Shown piece after piece: positions 9,748 through 20,652 of a stretch of DNA of 64,000 bases. Location of the stretch: assembly GCA_965214095.1 (NCBI GenBank), contig OZ243938.1, positions 3,328,001 to 3,392,000 of the forward strand, read 5' to 3'. Each line of letters begins with the position of its first letter. Within the stretch, counting starts at the first letter, position 1. The translations under genes and the position numbers were made by a program. The notes below the pieces were generated by a model. The model was not told where the DNA came from, searched no databases, and worked only from the letters and a program-made list of their open reading frames with translations. This stretch comes from Candidatus Poribacteria bacterium (GTDB taxonomy: Bacteria > Poribacteria > WGA-4E > WGA-3G).

Positions 9748-10043
9748 AACAGATAACATAAAGATGTTTCAACCTGCTTGAAGCAATATAGATCGGCAAT
9801 ATTAGAAAATTGCTTTCAAGCAAACATTCGTCAATACAGAGAAGAAAAGATATTTTATCTCAGCAAATAATAGATGACATGCCGAAGCGAACTATCATTC
9901 GGCAGTATATGCAAGTTCGAAGAGATTCGGACAATTTGAAACACGTTGTGCGCCTACTTTGTGCGCTGGTGAGAACATAGCAACCAAGGTTAATTGATAC
10001 AAAAACCTTATATTTAAACCTATAATTTGGAGTTTGGACAGAA

Positions 10044-11243
10044 ATGGCAAAGCAAGCATTTGAGAGGACAAAGCCACACGTTAATATTGGAACTATCGGC
10101 CACGTTGACCATGGTAAAACGACGCTGACAGCAGCGATAACTATGGTTTTATCTAAACTCGCTGACAAAGACTATGTGATGACCTATGAGGACATTGACA
10201 AAGCACCCGAGGAAAAAGAACGTGGCATAACAATTAACACAGCACACGTTGAATACGAGACAGATAACCGACACTACGCTCACGTTGACTGTCCTGGGCA
10301 CGCTGACTATATCAAGAATATGATTACCGGTGCTGCACAGATGGATGGTGCCATTCTGGTTGTTTCCGCAGCAGATGGTCCAATGCCACAGACACGTGAA
10401 CACGTACTTCTTGCGCGACAGGTAAACGTACCTTCCTTGGTTGTCTTTCTTAATAAGGCAGACATGGTTGATGACGAAGAACTGCTTGAACTCGTTGAAT
10501 TGGAAGTTCGCGAATTATTAGATGAGTACGAATTTCCTGGAGACGACACACCCATAATTGCAGGTTCCGCTTTGGAAGCGATGGAGTCTGCTGGTGACCC
10601 AAACAGTGATGCCTGTAAACCGATTCTTGATTTGATGTCATCTGTTGATGACTTTATTCCGGAACCGGTTCGTGATACTGAAAAACCTTTCTTGATGCCG
10701 ATTGAAGATATCTTTACTATCAGTGGTCGTGGCACTGTTGTTACAGGCCGTGTTGAACGCGGTATCATTGAAGTCAATAATACGATAGAAATCGTAGGAC
10801 TTCGGGAAACACAGGAAACGGTTGTTACTGGTGTGGAAATGTTCAATAAGTTTCTTGATGAAGGTAGAGCAGGTGACAACATCGGAGCACTGCTTCGTGG
10901 TGTTGATCGAGATGATGTTGAACGTGGACAGGTATTGGCAATTCCCGGAACGGTTACACCCCATACTAAGTTTGAAGCGGAAGCCTATATCTTAACAAAA
11001 GAGGAAGGTGGACGTTGGAATCCGTTCTTTAGTGGGTATCGTCCGCAGTTCTATTTCAGGACAACAGATGTCACAGGTGAAATGCATCTCGCTGAAGGTA
11101 TTGAAATGATTATGCCGGGTGACAATGCCCAGATTAGCGTACAACTTTCTAAACCAATCGCAATGGAAGAGCAACTCCGATTTGCTATCCGTGAAGGTGG
11201 ACACACTATCGGAGCAGGTGTTGTCTCAAAAATTCTTGAGTAA
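10044..11243 (+). CDS. tuf: Elongation factor Tu
   Basis: [43 protein letters not shown]. Confidence 0.99.
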   Translation: MAKQAFERTKPHVNIGTIGHVDHGKTTLTAAITMVLSKLADKDYVMTYEDIDKAPEEKERGITINTAHVEYETDNRHYAHVDCPGHADYIKNMITGAAQMDGAILVVSAADGPMPQTREHVLLARQVNVPSLVVFLNKADMVDDEELLELVELEVRELLDEYEFPGDDTPIIAGSALEAMESAGDPNSDACKPILDLMSSVDDFIPEPVRDTEKPFLMPIEDIFTISGRGTVVTGRVERGIIEVNNTIEIVGLRETQETVVTGVEMFNKFLDEGRAGDNIGALLRGVDRDDVERGQVLAIPGTVTPHTKFEAEAYILTKEEGGRWNPFFSGYRPQFYFRTTDVTGEMHLAEGIEMIMPGDNAQISVQLSKPIAMEEQLRFAIREGGHTIGAGVVSKILE

Positions 11244-11438
11244 CGAGGAAGTCTTTATAGGTACAGTTCCTCAGTTCACTTAGCAAACATTGTGTTTCTG
11301 TATCTCGTCGGAGCGTTCATGACTGACGACTGAATTGTTGATAAGTCTGAATTGCTTCGGCAGATACGTGATAATAGTAGCAGAGCGAAACATGAGGAAA
11401 TACCCGTTACTTTAAGATAAAGGAACTAAGACTAAGAG

Positions 11439-11750
11439 ATGAACAATCAGAAAATACGGATTAGACTCAAAGCGTTTGATCATCGTTTACTTGACCAGTC
11501 TGCCCAGCAAATTGCGTCTATTGCTAAACGCACTCAAGCGAGAGTCTCGGGACCGATTCCATTGCCGACAAAGAAGCATATCTATACCGTGCAGCGTTCT
11601 ACATTTACTGACAAAAAGTCACGGGAGCAATTTGAAATGCGTATCCACAAACGGTTACTGGATATTCTTGAGACAGCACCTAAGACAGTTCATGCGCTCA
11701 TGCAGCTTGACCTACCCGCTGGGGTTGATGTCAAAATAACGCTACTGTAG
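11439..11750 (+). CDS. rpsJ: 30S ribosomal protein S10
   Basis: [30 protein letters not shown]. Confidence 0.98.
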   Translation: MNNQKIRIRLKAFDHRLLDQSAQQIASIAKRTQARVSGPIPLPTKKHIYTVQRSTFTDKKSREQFEMRIHKRLLDILETAPKTVHALMQLDLPAGVDVKITLL

Positions 11751-11762
11751 CGGAGGTAGGAA

Positions 11763-12419
11763 ATGGTTACTGGTATTATTGGTAGAAAAGTCGGTATGAC
11801 ACAAATCTATGAAGAGTCTGGAAAAGCAATTCCCGTTACTGTAATAGAAGCTGGTCCTTGTCCAATCGTCCAGTTGAAAACCCAAGAACGTGATGGCTAT
11901 CAAGCAGTTCAATTAGGTTTTGGTAACCGTAAAGAAAACAAATTTAATAGTCCAGAGCGCGGACATTTTGCTAAAGCAGATGTGCAACCTACACGAGTCC
12001 TCCGTGAATTTCGTGTAGACAGTCTTGATGAAGTAACAGTCGGTGATACTGTTGATGCCAGCCTGTTTTCTGAAGGTGAACGTGTTGATGTAACAGGTAC
12101 ATCTAAAGGCCATGGGTTCACAGGTGTTGTAAAACGGTGGGGATTCAAAGGTGGTAGGAAGAGTCACGGCGGTGAACAGGACCTACGTCGTCCTGGTGCT
12201 ATCGGGGCAAGTGCAACACCCTCCCGCGTTTTCAAAGGTAAGAAAATGCCAGGACGTTACGGTGCGAAACGACATACCGTCCAAAATCTACAAGTCATCC
12301 AAGCGGACGCTGAGCGAAATTTGTTAGTTGTAAGAGGCTCAATCCCAGGCCCCCCTAATGGTCTCCTTCTCATTAAAAAGGCAGTAAAAGTATCTAAAGG
12401 AGACAAAACAGAAAGTTAA
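11763..12419 (+). CDS. rplC: 50S ribosomal protein L3
   Basis: GRKVGMTQ, DGYQAVQLG, SKGHGFTGVVKRWG, VFKGKKMPG. Confidence 0.98.
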   Translation: MVTGIIGRKVGMTQIYEESGKAIPVTVIEAGPCPIVQLKTQERDGYQAVQLGFGNRKENKFNSPERGHFAKADVQPTRVLREFRVDSLDEVTVGDTVDASLFSEGERVDVTGTSKGHGFTGVVKRWGFKGGRKSHGGEQDLRRPGAIGASATPSRVFKGKKMPGRYGAKRHTVQNLQVIQADAERNLLVVRGSIPGPPNGLLLIKKAVKVSKGDKTES

Positions 12420-12514
12420 CTTGGTAGAACATATTCCATTAAAAACCCCGGCACCTATGTAAGGATCGCAGGGGTAATTCATGCCGAGTACATCGGAAAG
12501 AAGATAAAAGAGTT

Positions 12515-13150
12515 ATGGCAACATTAAATGTACACAATCGTTCAGGAGAAGTCCTTCGAGAGAAAAGCATCGCTGATTCATTTACACATGCAGTGGTAAA
12601 CACAGATGTTGTTCACCAATGTGTTGTGGCGTATCTGGCAAATCAGAGAAGCGGAACTGCATCTACGAAGAGTCGTAGTGAAGTGAGAGGTAGTGGTAGG
12701 AAATTATACCGTCAAAAAGGAACTGGTAGAGCGCGTGTAGGTGATGCTAGATCTCCTATTCGTGTGCATGGCGGTGTCGCATTTGGACCAAAACCTCGTA
12801 GTTACCGTCAAAACACACCGAAGCAAGTCCGAAAACTCGGATTAAAAAGTGCTATTGCTGATCGTTTTCAAAATGACCAGTGTATTCTCATTGAAGATTT
12901 TACGTTAGAACGTCCGCGAACAAAGGATATGGTGTCTGTCTTGAATGCACTGAATTTGGAAGGAAAAGTGTTGTTTATTCTTGACGAGCACAATCCGAAT
13001 ATTCATCTGTCCTTACGGAATATACCGCAAACTAATTGCTGTACTTGGGATTTACTCAATATATACCAAGTGATGTGGCATGACAAACTTGTGATAACCG
13101 AACGTGCTGCAGAAAAATTGGAAGCGAAATTTGTAGAATCAGAAGGTTAG
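12515..13150 (+). CDS. rplD: 50S ribosomal protein L4
   Basis: TKSRSEVRGSGRKLYRQKGTGRAR, GGVAFGPKPR. Confidence 0.98.
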   Translation: MATLNVHNRSGEVLREKSIADSFTHAVVNTDVVHQCVVAYLANQRSGTASTKSRSEVRGSGRKLYRQKGTGRARVGDARSPIRVHGGVAFGPKPRSYRQNTPKQVRKLGLKSAIADRFQNDQCILIEDFTLERPRTKDMVSVLNALNLEGKVLFILDEHNPNIHLSLRNIPQTNCCTWDLLNIYQVMWHDKLVITERAAEKLEAKFVESEG

Positions 13151-13154
13151 TTTT

Positions 13155-13454
13155 ATGAAAGACAATTACCAAATTATTTTGAGACCACATATCACAGAAA
13201 AAAGCACACTTCTCCGCGAAAATAATAAATACTGTTTTGTTGTGAACCGACAGGCGAACAAAACAGAAATTAAACAGGCTGCTGAGGAGTTATTCGACAT
13301 CAAGGGGAGCGTCATTGATGTTCATACTATGCGGGTGAAAGGAAAAGTCAAAGGTAGAATGAATCGATATCAACGTGGAAGACGTCCCCATTGGAAGAAG
13401 GCTATTATTACAGTGGTAGATGGAACTCGTATCCCAGTCTTTGAGAGTATCTAA
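13155..13454 (+). CDS. rplW: 50S ribosomal protein L23
   Basis: PHITEKS, ANKTEIK, WKKAIIT; position in the operon. Confidence 0.96.
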   Translation: MKDNYQIILRPHITEKSTLLRENNKYCFVVNRQANKTEIKQAAEELFDIKGSVIDVHTMRVKGKVKGRMNRYQRGRRPHWKKAIITVVDGTRIPVFESI

Positions 13455-13497
13455 ATTTGTAAACTGTTTCATTAACAAGCAAGTATAACGAGAGGAT

Positions 13498-14319
13498 TTG
13501 AGAGTGGCAAAAACATATAAACCCGTCACACCGAGTCGTCGGTTCATGACCGGATATACCTTTGAAGAGATAACCCGTCAAAAACCGGAAAAATCACTTG
13601 TCAAAGGTGCAAAGAAAAATGCTGGAAGAAATAACAAAGGTCGTATGACAGTCCGTAGGCGAGGCGGTGGACATAAGCGTCGTTATCGGGTTATTGATTT
13701 CAAGCGAGATAAATTTGATATTCCCGCAAAGGTTGCTACAATTGAGTATGATCCAAACCGTTCTGCCCATATCGCTCTGCTGCACTATGCCGATGGAGAG
13801 AAACGCTATATTATTGCCCCTCTCGGTATAAAAGTCGGTGATACTGTTACATCTGGGCCAAATTCAGAGATCAAAGTCGGAAATGCATTACCTCTTGAGA
13901 ATATTCCGTTAGGTTCTTCAATTCATAACATAGAAATGCAACCTGGTAAAGGTGGACAACTTGTTCGCAGTGCTGGTGGGGCAGCGCAATTAGTTGATCG
14001 TGAAGGTAAATATGCACGAATCCGTCTACCCTCTAGTGAAATACGACTTGTTCCCGTAAAATCAATGGCTACCATCGGACAGGTTGGCAATGTAACCACT
14101 ATCACAATTGGGAAAGCAGGCCGATCCAGATGGTTAGGTAAACGTCCTAAAGTGCGTGGTGTTGCTATGAATCCGGTCGATCATCCACACGGCGGTGGTG
14201 AAGGAAAAAGTTCCGGTGGAAGACATCCTGTTACACCTTGGGGTGTGCCGACAAAAGGATATAAAACACGAAATCGTAAGAAGAAATCAAGTCAGTATAT
14301 TTTTGGAAAACGTAAATAA
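13498..14319 (+). CDS. rplB: 50S ribosomal protein L2
   Basis: [36 protein letters not shown] start. Confidence 0.98.
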   Translation: MRVAKTYKPVTPSRRFMTGYTFEEITRQKPEKSLVKGAKKNAGRNNKGRMTVRRRGGGHKRRYRVIDFKRDKFDIPAKVATIEYDPNRSAHIALLHYADGEKRYIIAPLGIKVGDTVTSGPNSEIKVGNALPLENIPLGSSIHNIEMQPGKGGQLVRSAGGAAQLVDREGKYARIRLPSSEIRLVPVKSMATIGQVGNVTTITIGKAGRSRWLGKRPKVRGVAMNPVDHPHGGGEGKSSGGRHPVTPWGVPTKGYKTRNRKKKSSQYIFGKRK

Positions 14320-14351
14320 TTGAAACACAATTTGTCTAAAGGAGACTTCTG

Positions 14352-14621
14352 ATGGCGCGTTCTATTAAAAAAGGACCTTATGTAGACGCTAAACTTGCGA
14401 AGCATATAGCAGAAATGGAACAATCCGGTAGTAAACGTGTCATTCGCACTTGGGCACGAAGTTCTACCATCACACCAGAATTTGTTGGACATACCGTCGC
14501 GATTCATAATGGTAAAAAGTTCTTTCCAGTTTATATCACAGAAAATATGGTAGGTCATAAACTTGGGGAATTCGCACCGACTCGCACTTTCCGGTCACAC
14601 GCAGGCGGTCAAAGAAGGTAA
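14352..14621 (+). CDS. rpsS: 30S ribosomal protein S19
   Basis: [21 protein letters not shown]. Confidence 0.98.
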   Translation: MARSIKKGPYVDAKLAKHIAEMEQSGSKRVIRTWARSSTITPEFVGHTVAIHNGKKFFPVYITENMVGHKLGEFAPTRTFRSHAGGQRR

Positions 14622-14754
14622 CTTGGTTCATAATTGTATATTCAGGTATAGTGCATCTCTGATGACTGCACTTAAAGAAATAATTTGTAGTTAAGAAAAA
14701 TATAAAGCAAGATAATGTGCACCAGTTGTGCATTCGTTTTGTTAGGAGAAACTG

Positions 14755-15108
14755 ATGGAAGGAAGGGCAAAGATTCGGAACGTTTCGGTTGCACCGCGCA
14801 AAGCGCGCCTTGTCGCCGACTTAGTTAGGAATCAGTATGTTGATGATGCGCTGAATCAACTGCTCTTTACACATAAAGCGGCAGCACCTATTATCTATAA
14901 GTTGATAAAATCCGCAGCAGCAAATGTCCAATTTCAAGAGCCAAATGTGGATGCCGCTAATTTGTACGTCAAAGAGATTCGTGTTGATGAAGGAATTACA
15001 CGAAAATGGATACGTCCCCGAGCACGGGGTATGGCAAATCGCATCTTAAAAAGGCAAAGTCATATTACTGTTGTTGTGGATGAGGAGAGCAACGATGATA
15101 TTGAGTAA
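14755..15108 (+). CDS. rplV: 50S ribosomal protein L22
   Basis: PRKARLVADLVR, KSAAAN, RPRARG, SHITVVV. Confidence 0.97.
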   Translation: MEGRAKIRNVSVAPRKARLVADLVRNQYVDDALNQLLFTHKAAAPIIYKLIKSAAANVQFQEPNVDAANLYVKEIRVDEGITRKWIRPRARGMANRILKRQSHITVVVDEESNDDIE

Positions 15109-15169
15109 ACGAAGTCGTCTCTGCCTCCAAAACCACCACAGACGGGATAGTGTCTAACAGGAGGTTTGT

Positions 15170-15982
15170 GTGGGACAAAAAACACATCCACGAGGGTTAC
15201 GGTTAGGAATAATCGAAACTTGGGATTCAAAGTGGTATAGTGATCGAGATTATGCGAAATGGCTGCATGAAGACCTTGCAATTCAGAAACATATTAAAGA
15301 GCAGTTATTGCGAGCGGGAATCTCACGTATTGAAGTTGAACGTGTGGCAGAAAAGTGCACTATCAATATTCATACTGCTAGACCTGGGATTGTCATTGGA
15401 CGACGTGGTGTAGAAAGAGAAAAGTTGCAGACAGAGCTTGGCAAACTCATTGATCGTCCGGTAAAAATAAACGTCACTGAGATTAAAGTACCAGAACTTG
15501 ATGCACAACTTCTCGCTGAAGCCGTTGCAATGCAAATTGAACGGCGAACAAGTTTTAAACAAGCGATGAGACGCAACATCGCTGATTCAATGCAAGCGGG
15601 CGCACAAGGTGTTAAAGTTATGGTCAGCGGTAGACTTGATGGAAAAGAGATCGCAAGGACCGAATCCAGTTTGGAAGGACGCGTGCCGTTGCATACACTC
15701 AGGGCAAATGTTGACTACGGTTTCACTGAAGCAAATACAACCTATGGAAAAATTGGTGTCAAAAGTTGGATTTTCAAAGGTGAAATCCTCGGTGTACCAG
15801 AAGCCTTAAGTGGGGATGCGAGTGTCCGACGCCAACAGAGCACGAGACGCACAGATACAAGAAGTTCACGTTCTGGCAGCCGACAATCAGGAAACCGTTC
15901 TTCAAGCAGCAGACAACGAAATCAGGGACGTAACAACAGACGTAGACAACAAAGGAATGACCCAAAGTCAAGAGATAACTAG
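15170..15982 (+). CDS. rpsC: 30S ribosomal protein S3 (long Arg/Ser-rich C-terminal tail)
   Basis: GQKTHPRGLRLG, ARPGIVIG, GRVPLHTLRA. GTG start. Confidence 0.98.
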   Translation: MGQKTHPRGLRLGIIETWDSKWYSDRDYAKWLHEDLAIQKHIKEQLLRAGISRIEVERVAEKCTINIHTARPGIVIGRRGVEREKLQTELGKLIDRPVKINVTEIKVPELDAQLLAEAVAMQIERRTSFKQAMRRNIADSMQAGAQGVKVMVSGRLDGKEIARTESSLEGRVPLHTLRANVDYGFTEANTTYGKIGVKSWIFKGEILGVPEALSGDASVRRQQSTRRTDTRSSRSGSRQSGNRSSSSRQRNQGRNNRRRQQRNDPKSRDN

Positions 15983-16036
15983 TTGGTAGTGTGCTTTTGT
16001 CTGGACATTCCAGAAATGATTTGAGGAGTAGTTCAA

Positions 16037-16450
16037 ATGTTAATGCCGAAACGTGTGATGCACCGCAAGGTTCATCGTGGGAAACGTCGAGGAAAACCCC
16101 GCAGAGGTTCACAGATTAGCTTCGGTGAATACGGTTTACAAGCCATGGAAGCTGGGTGGATAACAAGCAACCAAATTGAATCCGGTAGGGTTGCTATCAC
16201 GCGTGCTGTGCGTCGTGGTGGGAAATTATGGATAAAGATATTTCCACACAAACCTATCACTAAAAAACCCGCTGAAACCCGAATGGGTGGTGGAAAAGGT
16301 GCGCCAGAATTTTGGGTTGCTGTCGTTAAGCCCGGTAGAATTATGTATGAATTAAGTGGTGTTTCCCGTGAAGTCGCGAAAGAAGCTATGGAACGTGCGG
16401 CACACAAATTTCCAATTAAGACGAAATTCGTTGCACGCAATGAGGTATAG
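16037..16450 (+). CDS. rplP: 50S ribosomal protein L16
   Basis: [26 protein letters not shown]. Confidence 0.98.
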   Translation: MLMPKRVMHRKVHRGKRRGKPRRGSQISFGEYGLQAMEAGWITSNQIESGRVAITRAVRRGGKLWIKIFPHKPITKKPAETRMGGGKGAPEFWVAVVKPGRIMYELSGVSREVAKEAMERAAHKFPIKTKFVARNEV

Positions 16451-16452
16451 TT

Positions 16453-16653
16453 ATGAAAGCTCACGAGTTACGAACCCGATCTACTGAAGATTTGGAAAAC
16501 GAATTAGAGAATCTTAAAGAAAACTTATTCAACCAAAGGTCCAGAAGTATTTTAGGACAGTTGGAAGACTCAACGCTTATCGGTAAGATTCGCAAAGACA
16601 TTGCACGTGTTAAAACTGAGCTGCGCGCACGCGAGTTAAACCCTCAGGAGTAG
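16453..16653 (+). CDS. rpmC: 50S ribosomal protein L29
   Basis: MKAHELR, RKDIARVKT; position in the operon. Confidence 0.95.
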   Translation: MKAHELRTRSTEDLENELENLKENLFNQRSRSILGQLEDSTLIGKIRKDIARVKTELRARELNPQE

Positions 16654-16736
16654 GCACTGTGCAAGGAATGACTATTCAGTAGGATGTGCCTTCTTGAACG
16701 GTTACAATTACTGATGGTCTTTGAAAAAGGATAAAA

Positions 16737-17009
16737 TTGAACGTGGAAAAAATAAGACACCGAAAAATTCGAACGGGTACCGTTGTCAGTAATCGCATGG
16801 ATAAAACTGTCAGCGTGGCGATAGTTCGGAGTTTTCAACATCCGCTTTACAAAAAAGTTATCCGTTCAACAAAAAAGATTTTAGCACATGATGAACAGAA
16901 TAATTGTAAAGTTGGCGATGTTATACAGGTGATTGAAACCCGTCCCATCAGCAAACGTAAACGATGGCGGGTACAATCTGTAATAACAGCAGTACAGACT
17001 GCTGATTAA
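16737..17009 (+). CDS. rpsQ: 30S ribosomal protein S17
   Basis: [32 protein letters not shown]. Confidence 0.97.
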   Translation: MNVEKIRHRKIRTGTVVSNRMDKTVSVAIVRSFQHPLYKKVIRSTKKILAHDEQNNCKVGDVIQVIETRPISKRKRWRVQSVITAVQTAD

Positions 17010-17028
17010 TTGGAAGGAAGGTACGGCG

Positions 17029-17397
17029 ATGGTTCAGAATTATACGCGATTAACCTGCGCCGATAATACGGGTGCAAGAAATTTGATGTGCATCAGTGTA
17101 CTTGGTGGAACCCGACGACGTTATGCACGGGTCGGTGACATTATTGTAGCCAGTATTAAAGAAGCAACACCGAATACGCAAGTTAAAGCAGGTGAAGTTG
17201 TACGCGCTGTTGTTGTTCGAACTGCCAAAGAGTATCGTCGTCCAGACGGGTCTTACATTAAGTTCGATCAGAATGCTGCTGTTCTGGTTACAGAGGAAAA
17301 TGAACCACGGGGAACACGCATTTTTGGACCGGTTGCTCGTGAACTACGAGAAAAATCGTTCACCAGAATTGTATCATTAGCCCCTGAAGTGATTTAG
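17029..17397 (+). CDS. rplN: 50S ribosomal protein L14
   Basis: [26 protein letters not shown]. Confidence 0.98.
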   Translation: MVQNYTRLTCADNTGARNLMCISVLGGTRRRYARVGDIIVASIKEATPNTQVKAGEVVRAVVVRTAKEYRRPDGSYIKFDQNAAVLVTEENEPRGTRIFGPVARELREKSFTRIVSLAPEVI

Positions 17398-17404
17398 GAG
17401 TTTT

Positions 17405-17641
17405 ATGATGGCACAGAAAAAGATACATATCAAAAAAGATGACTTGGTGTTGGTTTTGAGTGGTCAAGACCGCGGCAAACAAGGCGTTGTGTTAGAAGTA
17501 TTTCCAAAGAAAAATAGGGCTGTTGTTGAAGGCATCAATTTTATTACATGTCATTTGCGACCCAATCAAATGGGCCAAGGTGGCATCGTTGAAAGAGAAG
17601 GCACCATACACATCTCTAACTTGAAAAAGATCGATGGATAG
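17405..17641 (+). CDS. rplX: 50S ribosomal protein L24 (short form)
   Basis: KOW-like motif IKKDDLVLVLSGQDRGKQG, VEGIN, IHISNL. Confidence 0.93.
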   Translation: MMAQKKIHIKKDDLVLVLSGQDRGKQGVVLEVFPKKNRAVVEGINFITCHLRPNQMGQGGIVEREGTIHISNLKKIDG

Positions 17642-17717
17642 AACAGTAACACATGCTCAATTCGGTTCAAGAATATTAAATTATAACTCAATTATCAGGC
17701 AATAGGATCATAGGCTA

Positions 17718-18305
17718 ATGAGCCAATTTAAAACATTTTATCAAACAGAAGTTGTGCCTGCTTTACAAAAGGAATTCAATTACAGTAATGTTATGCAGGT
17801 GCCAAAATTAGAAAAAGTGACATTAAATATCGGGGTTGGTGAAGCGGTTCAAAATCCGAAAGCACTTGAAGATGCCGTTGAGGAGATGACGCGTATTGCG
17901 GGGCAACGGGCTATCATCACACGTGCAAAAAAATCTATCTCTGCATTCAAAATTAGAGGACCTTCAAGGATGACGCGTTCTCCTGGAAATGCAATCGGGT
18001 GTAAAGTCACACTGCGAAAGACTCGCATGTATGAATTCCTAAACCGCTTGATTAACGTCGTGTTACCTCAAATCAGAGATTTCCGAGGTGTTTCACCTGA
18101 TTCATTTGATGGACGCGGAAACTATTCCTTAGGATTAACTGAACAACTCATCTTTCCAGAAATTGATTATGATGATGTCAATGAAATCCGTGGTATGAAT
18201 GTGACAGTTGGAACATCCGCTCCAACTGATGAAGAAGCGCGTGCATTGCTACGTGAACTCGGCATGCCTTTCCGACAGCAACAAAATTCATCTAATGGAG
18301 TTTAG
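17718..18305 (+). CDS. rplE: 50S ribosomal protein L5
   Basis: [31 protein letters not shown]. Confidence 0.98.
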   Translation: MSQFKTFYQTEVVPALQKEFNYSNVMQVPKLEKVTLNIGVGEAVQNPKALEDAVEEMTRIAGQRAIITRAKKSISAFKIRGPSRMTRSPGNAIGCKVTLRKTRMYEFLNRLINVVLPQIRDFRGVSPDSFDGRGNYSLGLTEQLIFPEIDYDDVNEIRGMNVTVGTSAPTDEEARALLRELGMPFRQQQNSSNGV

Positions 18306-18337
18306 ACGAATAAGTCCAATTTAAAGGAGTATATAAT

Positions 18338-18523
18338 TTGGCAAGTAAATCATGGATTGCCAGAAATAAGAAGACCCCTCGCTTTAGCACACGGAAATAT
18401 AACCGGTGCAAAACCTGTGGACGTGCACGAGGGTATCTGCGTAAGTTTGAATTATGTCGTATCTGCTTTCGTCTGTATGCACGAGCGGGGAAAATTCCCG
18501 GTGTCAAAAAGGCGAGTTGGTAA
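18338..18523 (+). CDS. rpsN: 30S ribosomal protein S14 (zinc-binding type Z)
   Basis: [26 protein letters not shown]. Confidence 0.97.
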   Translation: MASKSWIARNKKTPRFSTRKYNRCKTCGRARGYLRKFELCRICFRLYARAGKIPGVKKASW

Positions 18524-18537
18524 AAGGAGATTATTTC

Positions 18538-18939
18538 ATGTCAATGACTGACCCAATCGCAGATATGTTAACGCGGATACGCAATGCCAATATGAATGGG
18601 CATGAGCGCGTTGAGGTTTCTGCGTCCAAACTGAAGTTAGAAATCGCTCGTGTTTTGTCTGATGAAGGTTTCATTCGGAACTACCGATCAATTGAAGATG
18701 GCAAACAAGGCATTATACGAATCTATCTTAAATATGGAGCAAACAATAAAGAGAAGGCTATTACCAACCTAAAGCGAATTAGTAAACCAGGAAGACGGGT
18801 TTACACAAAATCGGACAAGCTTCCGCGGGTCTTTGGTGACTTAGGTGTCGCTATCCTGTCAACATCGCATGGAGTCAAGACCTCCATGGAGTGTAGACGG
18901 GCAAAAATCGGTGGTGAAGTCCTCTGTTTTGTTTGGTAA
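18538..18939 (+). CDS. rpsH: 30S ribosomal protein S8
   Basis: [36 protein letters not shown]. Start moved to the ATG after aggag. Confidence 0.98.
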   Translation: MSMTDPIADMLTRIRNANMNGHERVEVSASKLKLEIARVLSDEGFIRNYRSIEDGKQGIIRIYLKYGANNKEKAITNLKRISKPGRRVYTKSDKLPRVFGDLGVAILSTSHGVKTSMECRRAKIGGEVLCFVW

Positions 18940-18998
18940 ACAAGTCTTTTGCCCATCACTACATATTGACGGCAACAAATGTTAATTGGAGAAATAGA

Positions 18999-19565
18999 AT
19001 GTCACGTATAGGACAAATTCCAATCCCAATACCGAATTCAGTGAAAGTGGATTTCAATGACAGCGAAGTCCAAGTTGAAGGTCCCAAAGGTTCATTGAAT
19101 TGGGTTGTCCCACAAGGAATTGAAGCAACTGTAGAAGAAAATACTATTACCATTTCACGTTCAAACGAACACAGAAAACAGAAAGCACTACACGGTTTGA
19201 CACGTAGTCTCATCGCCAATATGGTGACAGGTGTATCAGAGGGATTTGAAAAAAAATTACGCGTCGTGGGGACAGGATATCGGGCAGATGTCACTAACCA
19301 GAATGTCTTAACGCTTGATGTCGGATATTCACACACTGTAACTTACACACCACCTGATGAAATCACATTGACTGTTGAGCCACCAGAGAGTATAGATGGT
19401 CAAACACACATTCTTATTGTAGTGAGTGGGATAGATAAGCAAGTAGTGGGACAGGTCGCTGCCTCTATTCGTCAAATAAAGAAACCTGAAACATACAAAC
19501 CGAGTAAAGGTATTCGATACGATGGTGAACGCGTACGAGACAAAGAAGGTAAAGTTGCAGGATAA
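18999..19565 (+). CDS. rplF: 50S ribosomal protein L6
   Basis: MSRIG, GPKG, HGLTRSLIANMVTGVSEGF, GIDKQVVGQ, KGIRY. Confidence 0.97.
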   Translation: MSRIGQIPIPIPNSVKVDFNDSEVQVEGPKGSLNWVVPQGIEATVEENTITISRSNEHRKQKALHGLTRSLIANMVTGVSEGFEKKLRVVGTGYRADVTNQNVLTLDVGYSHTVTYTPPDEITLTVEPPESIDGQTHILIVVSGIDKQVVGQVAASIRQIKKPETYKPSKGIRYDGERVRDKEGKVAG

Positions 19566-19683
19566 CAATAATATTTATCAATGTCCTTGCCTTGTCGGTG
19601 TCCTTTTTAGATACACTGATAATTGTCTCTAAGAAATTATAATTTTGTCAGAATGTACTGGTTTAGCTGCGGGAGGAAATCCG

Positions 19684-20052
19684 TTGGATAAGTTTAAGAG
19701 AAAACAGAATAGCCATCTCAGACGAAAACGTAGAGTTCGTCGAAAAATTAGCGGAACAACACAACGTCCCCGGCTTTCTGTTAATAGAAGTTTAAAACAT
19801 ATATATGCCCAAATCATTGATGATGAGAATGGTAAGACGCTTGCTCATGCCTCCAGTTTATCTCCTGAAATTAGAGATAATGCCGCTGAAGGTGGAAAAA
19901 TACAAGTCGCAAAAAATGTTGGACAACTCATCGCGCAAAAGGCAAAAGAACAACAGATTGCGGGGGTTGTTTTTGACAGGAGTGGTAATCTATATCATGG
20001 TCGGATCAAAGCCCTCGCTGAAGCTGCAAGAGAAGGTGGGTTAAAGTTTTAA
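19684..20052 (+). CDS. rplR: 50S ribosomal protein L18
   Basis: [21 protein letters not shown]-x-G-x-YHGR, [11 protein letters not shown] start after gggagg. Confidence 0.97.
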   Translation: MDKFKRKQNSHLRRKRRVRRKISGTTQRPRLSVNRSLKHIYAQIIDDENGKTLAHASSLSPEIRDNAAEGGKIQVAKNVGQLIAQKAKEQQIAGVVFDRSGNLYHGRIKALAEAAREGGLKF

Positions 20053-20085
20053 ATTACCCGCATTATTTCTTGAGAGGAGACTTTT

Positions 20086-20616
20086 TTGCAAAAAGATAGA
20101 ATAAATCCTGAAGATTATGAATTTGAAGAACAACCTATTGCAATAAATCGCGTTATGCGTGTCGGCAAAGGAAGAAGAACACCCAGTTTTAATGCTCTTT
20201 CTGTTGTCGGCAATCGTGATGGAATCGTTGGGATAGGTTTTGGAAGTGCAAGCGAAATTACTGGGGCGTTACGAAAAAGTTTAGCCGATGCGCGCAAGAA
20301 CCTAATACGTGTTCCCTTGTCTGATGGTACACTTCCACATGAAATACTCTGCGAATTCAAAGCTGCTAAAGTATTACTAAAACCGGCAAGACCGGGTACA
20401 GGTATCATTGCTGGGCATGCGACTCGTTCTATTTTGGAATACGCAGGTGTCCGCGATGCACTCACAAAATGCCTTTCTTCCAGAAACGTCAAAAATATTG
20501 CTGAGGCAACGATGGTCGGTTTGAGAAGCCTCAAAGATGTCAATGAAGTCGCTCGAATTCGCGGCAAAACAGTGGAAGAACTCTTACATAAACGTCCTAC
20601 AAATTCTAACAGCTGA
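20086..20616 (+). CDS. rpsE: 30S ribosomal protein S5
   Basis: INRV, VVGN, LKPARPGTGIIAG; position in the operon. Confidence 0.96.
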   Translation: MQKDRINPEDYEFEEQPIAINRVMRVGKGRRTPSFNALSVVGNRDGIVGIGFGSASEITGALRKSLADARKNLIRVPLSDGTLPHEILCEFKAAKVLLKPARPGTGIIAGHATRSILEYAGVRDALTKCLSSRNVKNIAEATMVGLRSLKDVNEVARIRGKTVEELLHKRPTNSNS

Positions 20617-20652
20617 GACAACTCAGTCATTTTTTAAGGAACGACAGATTAA

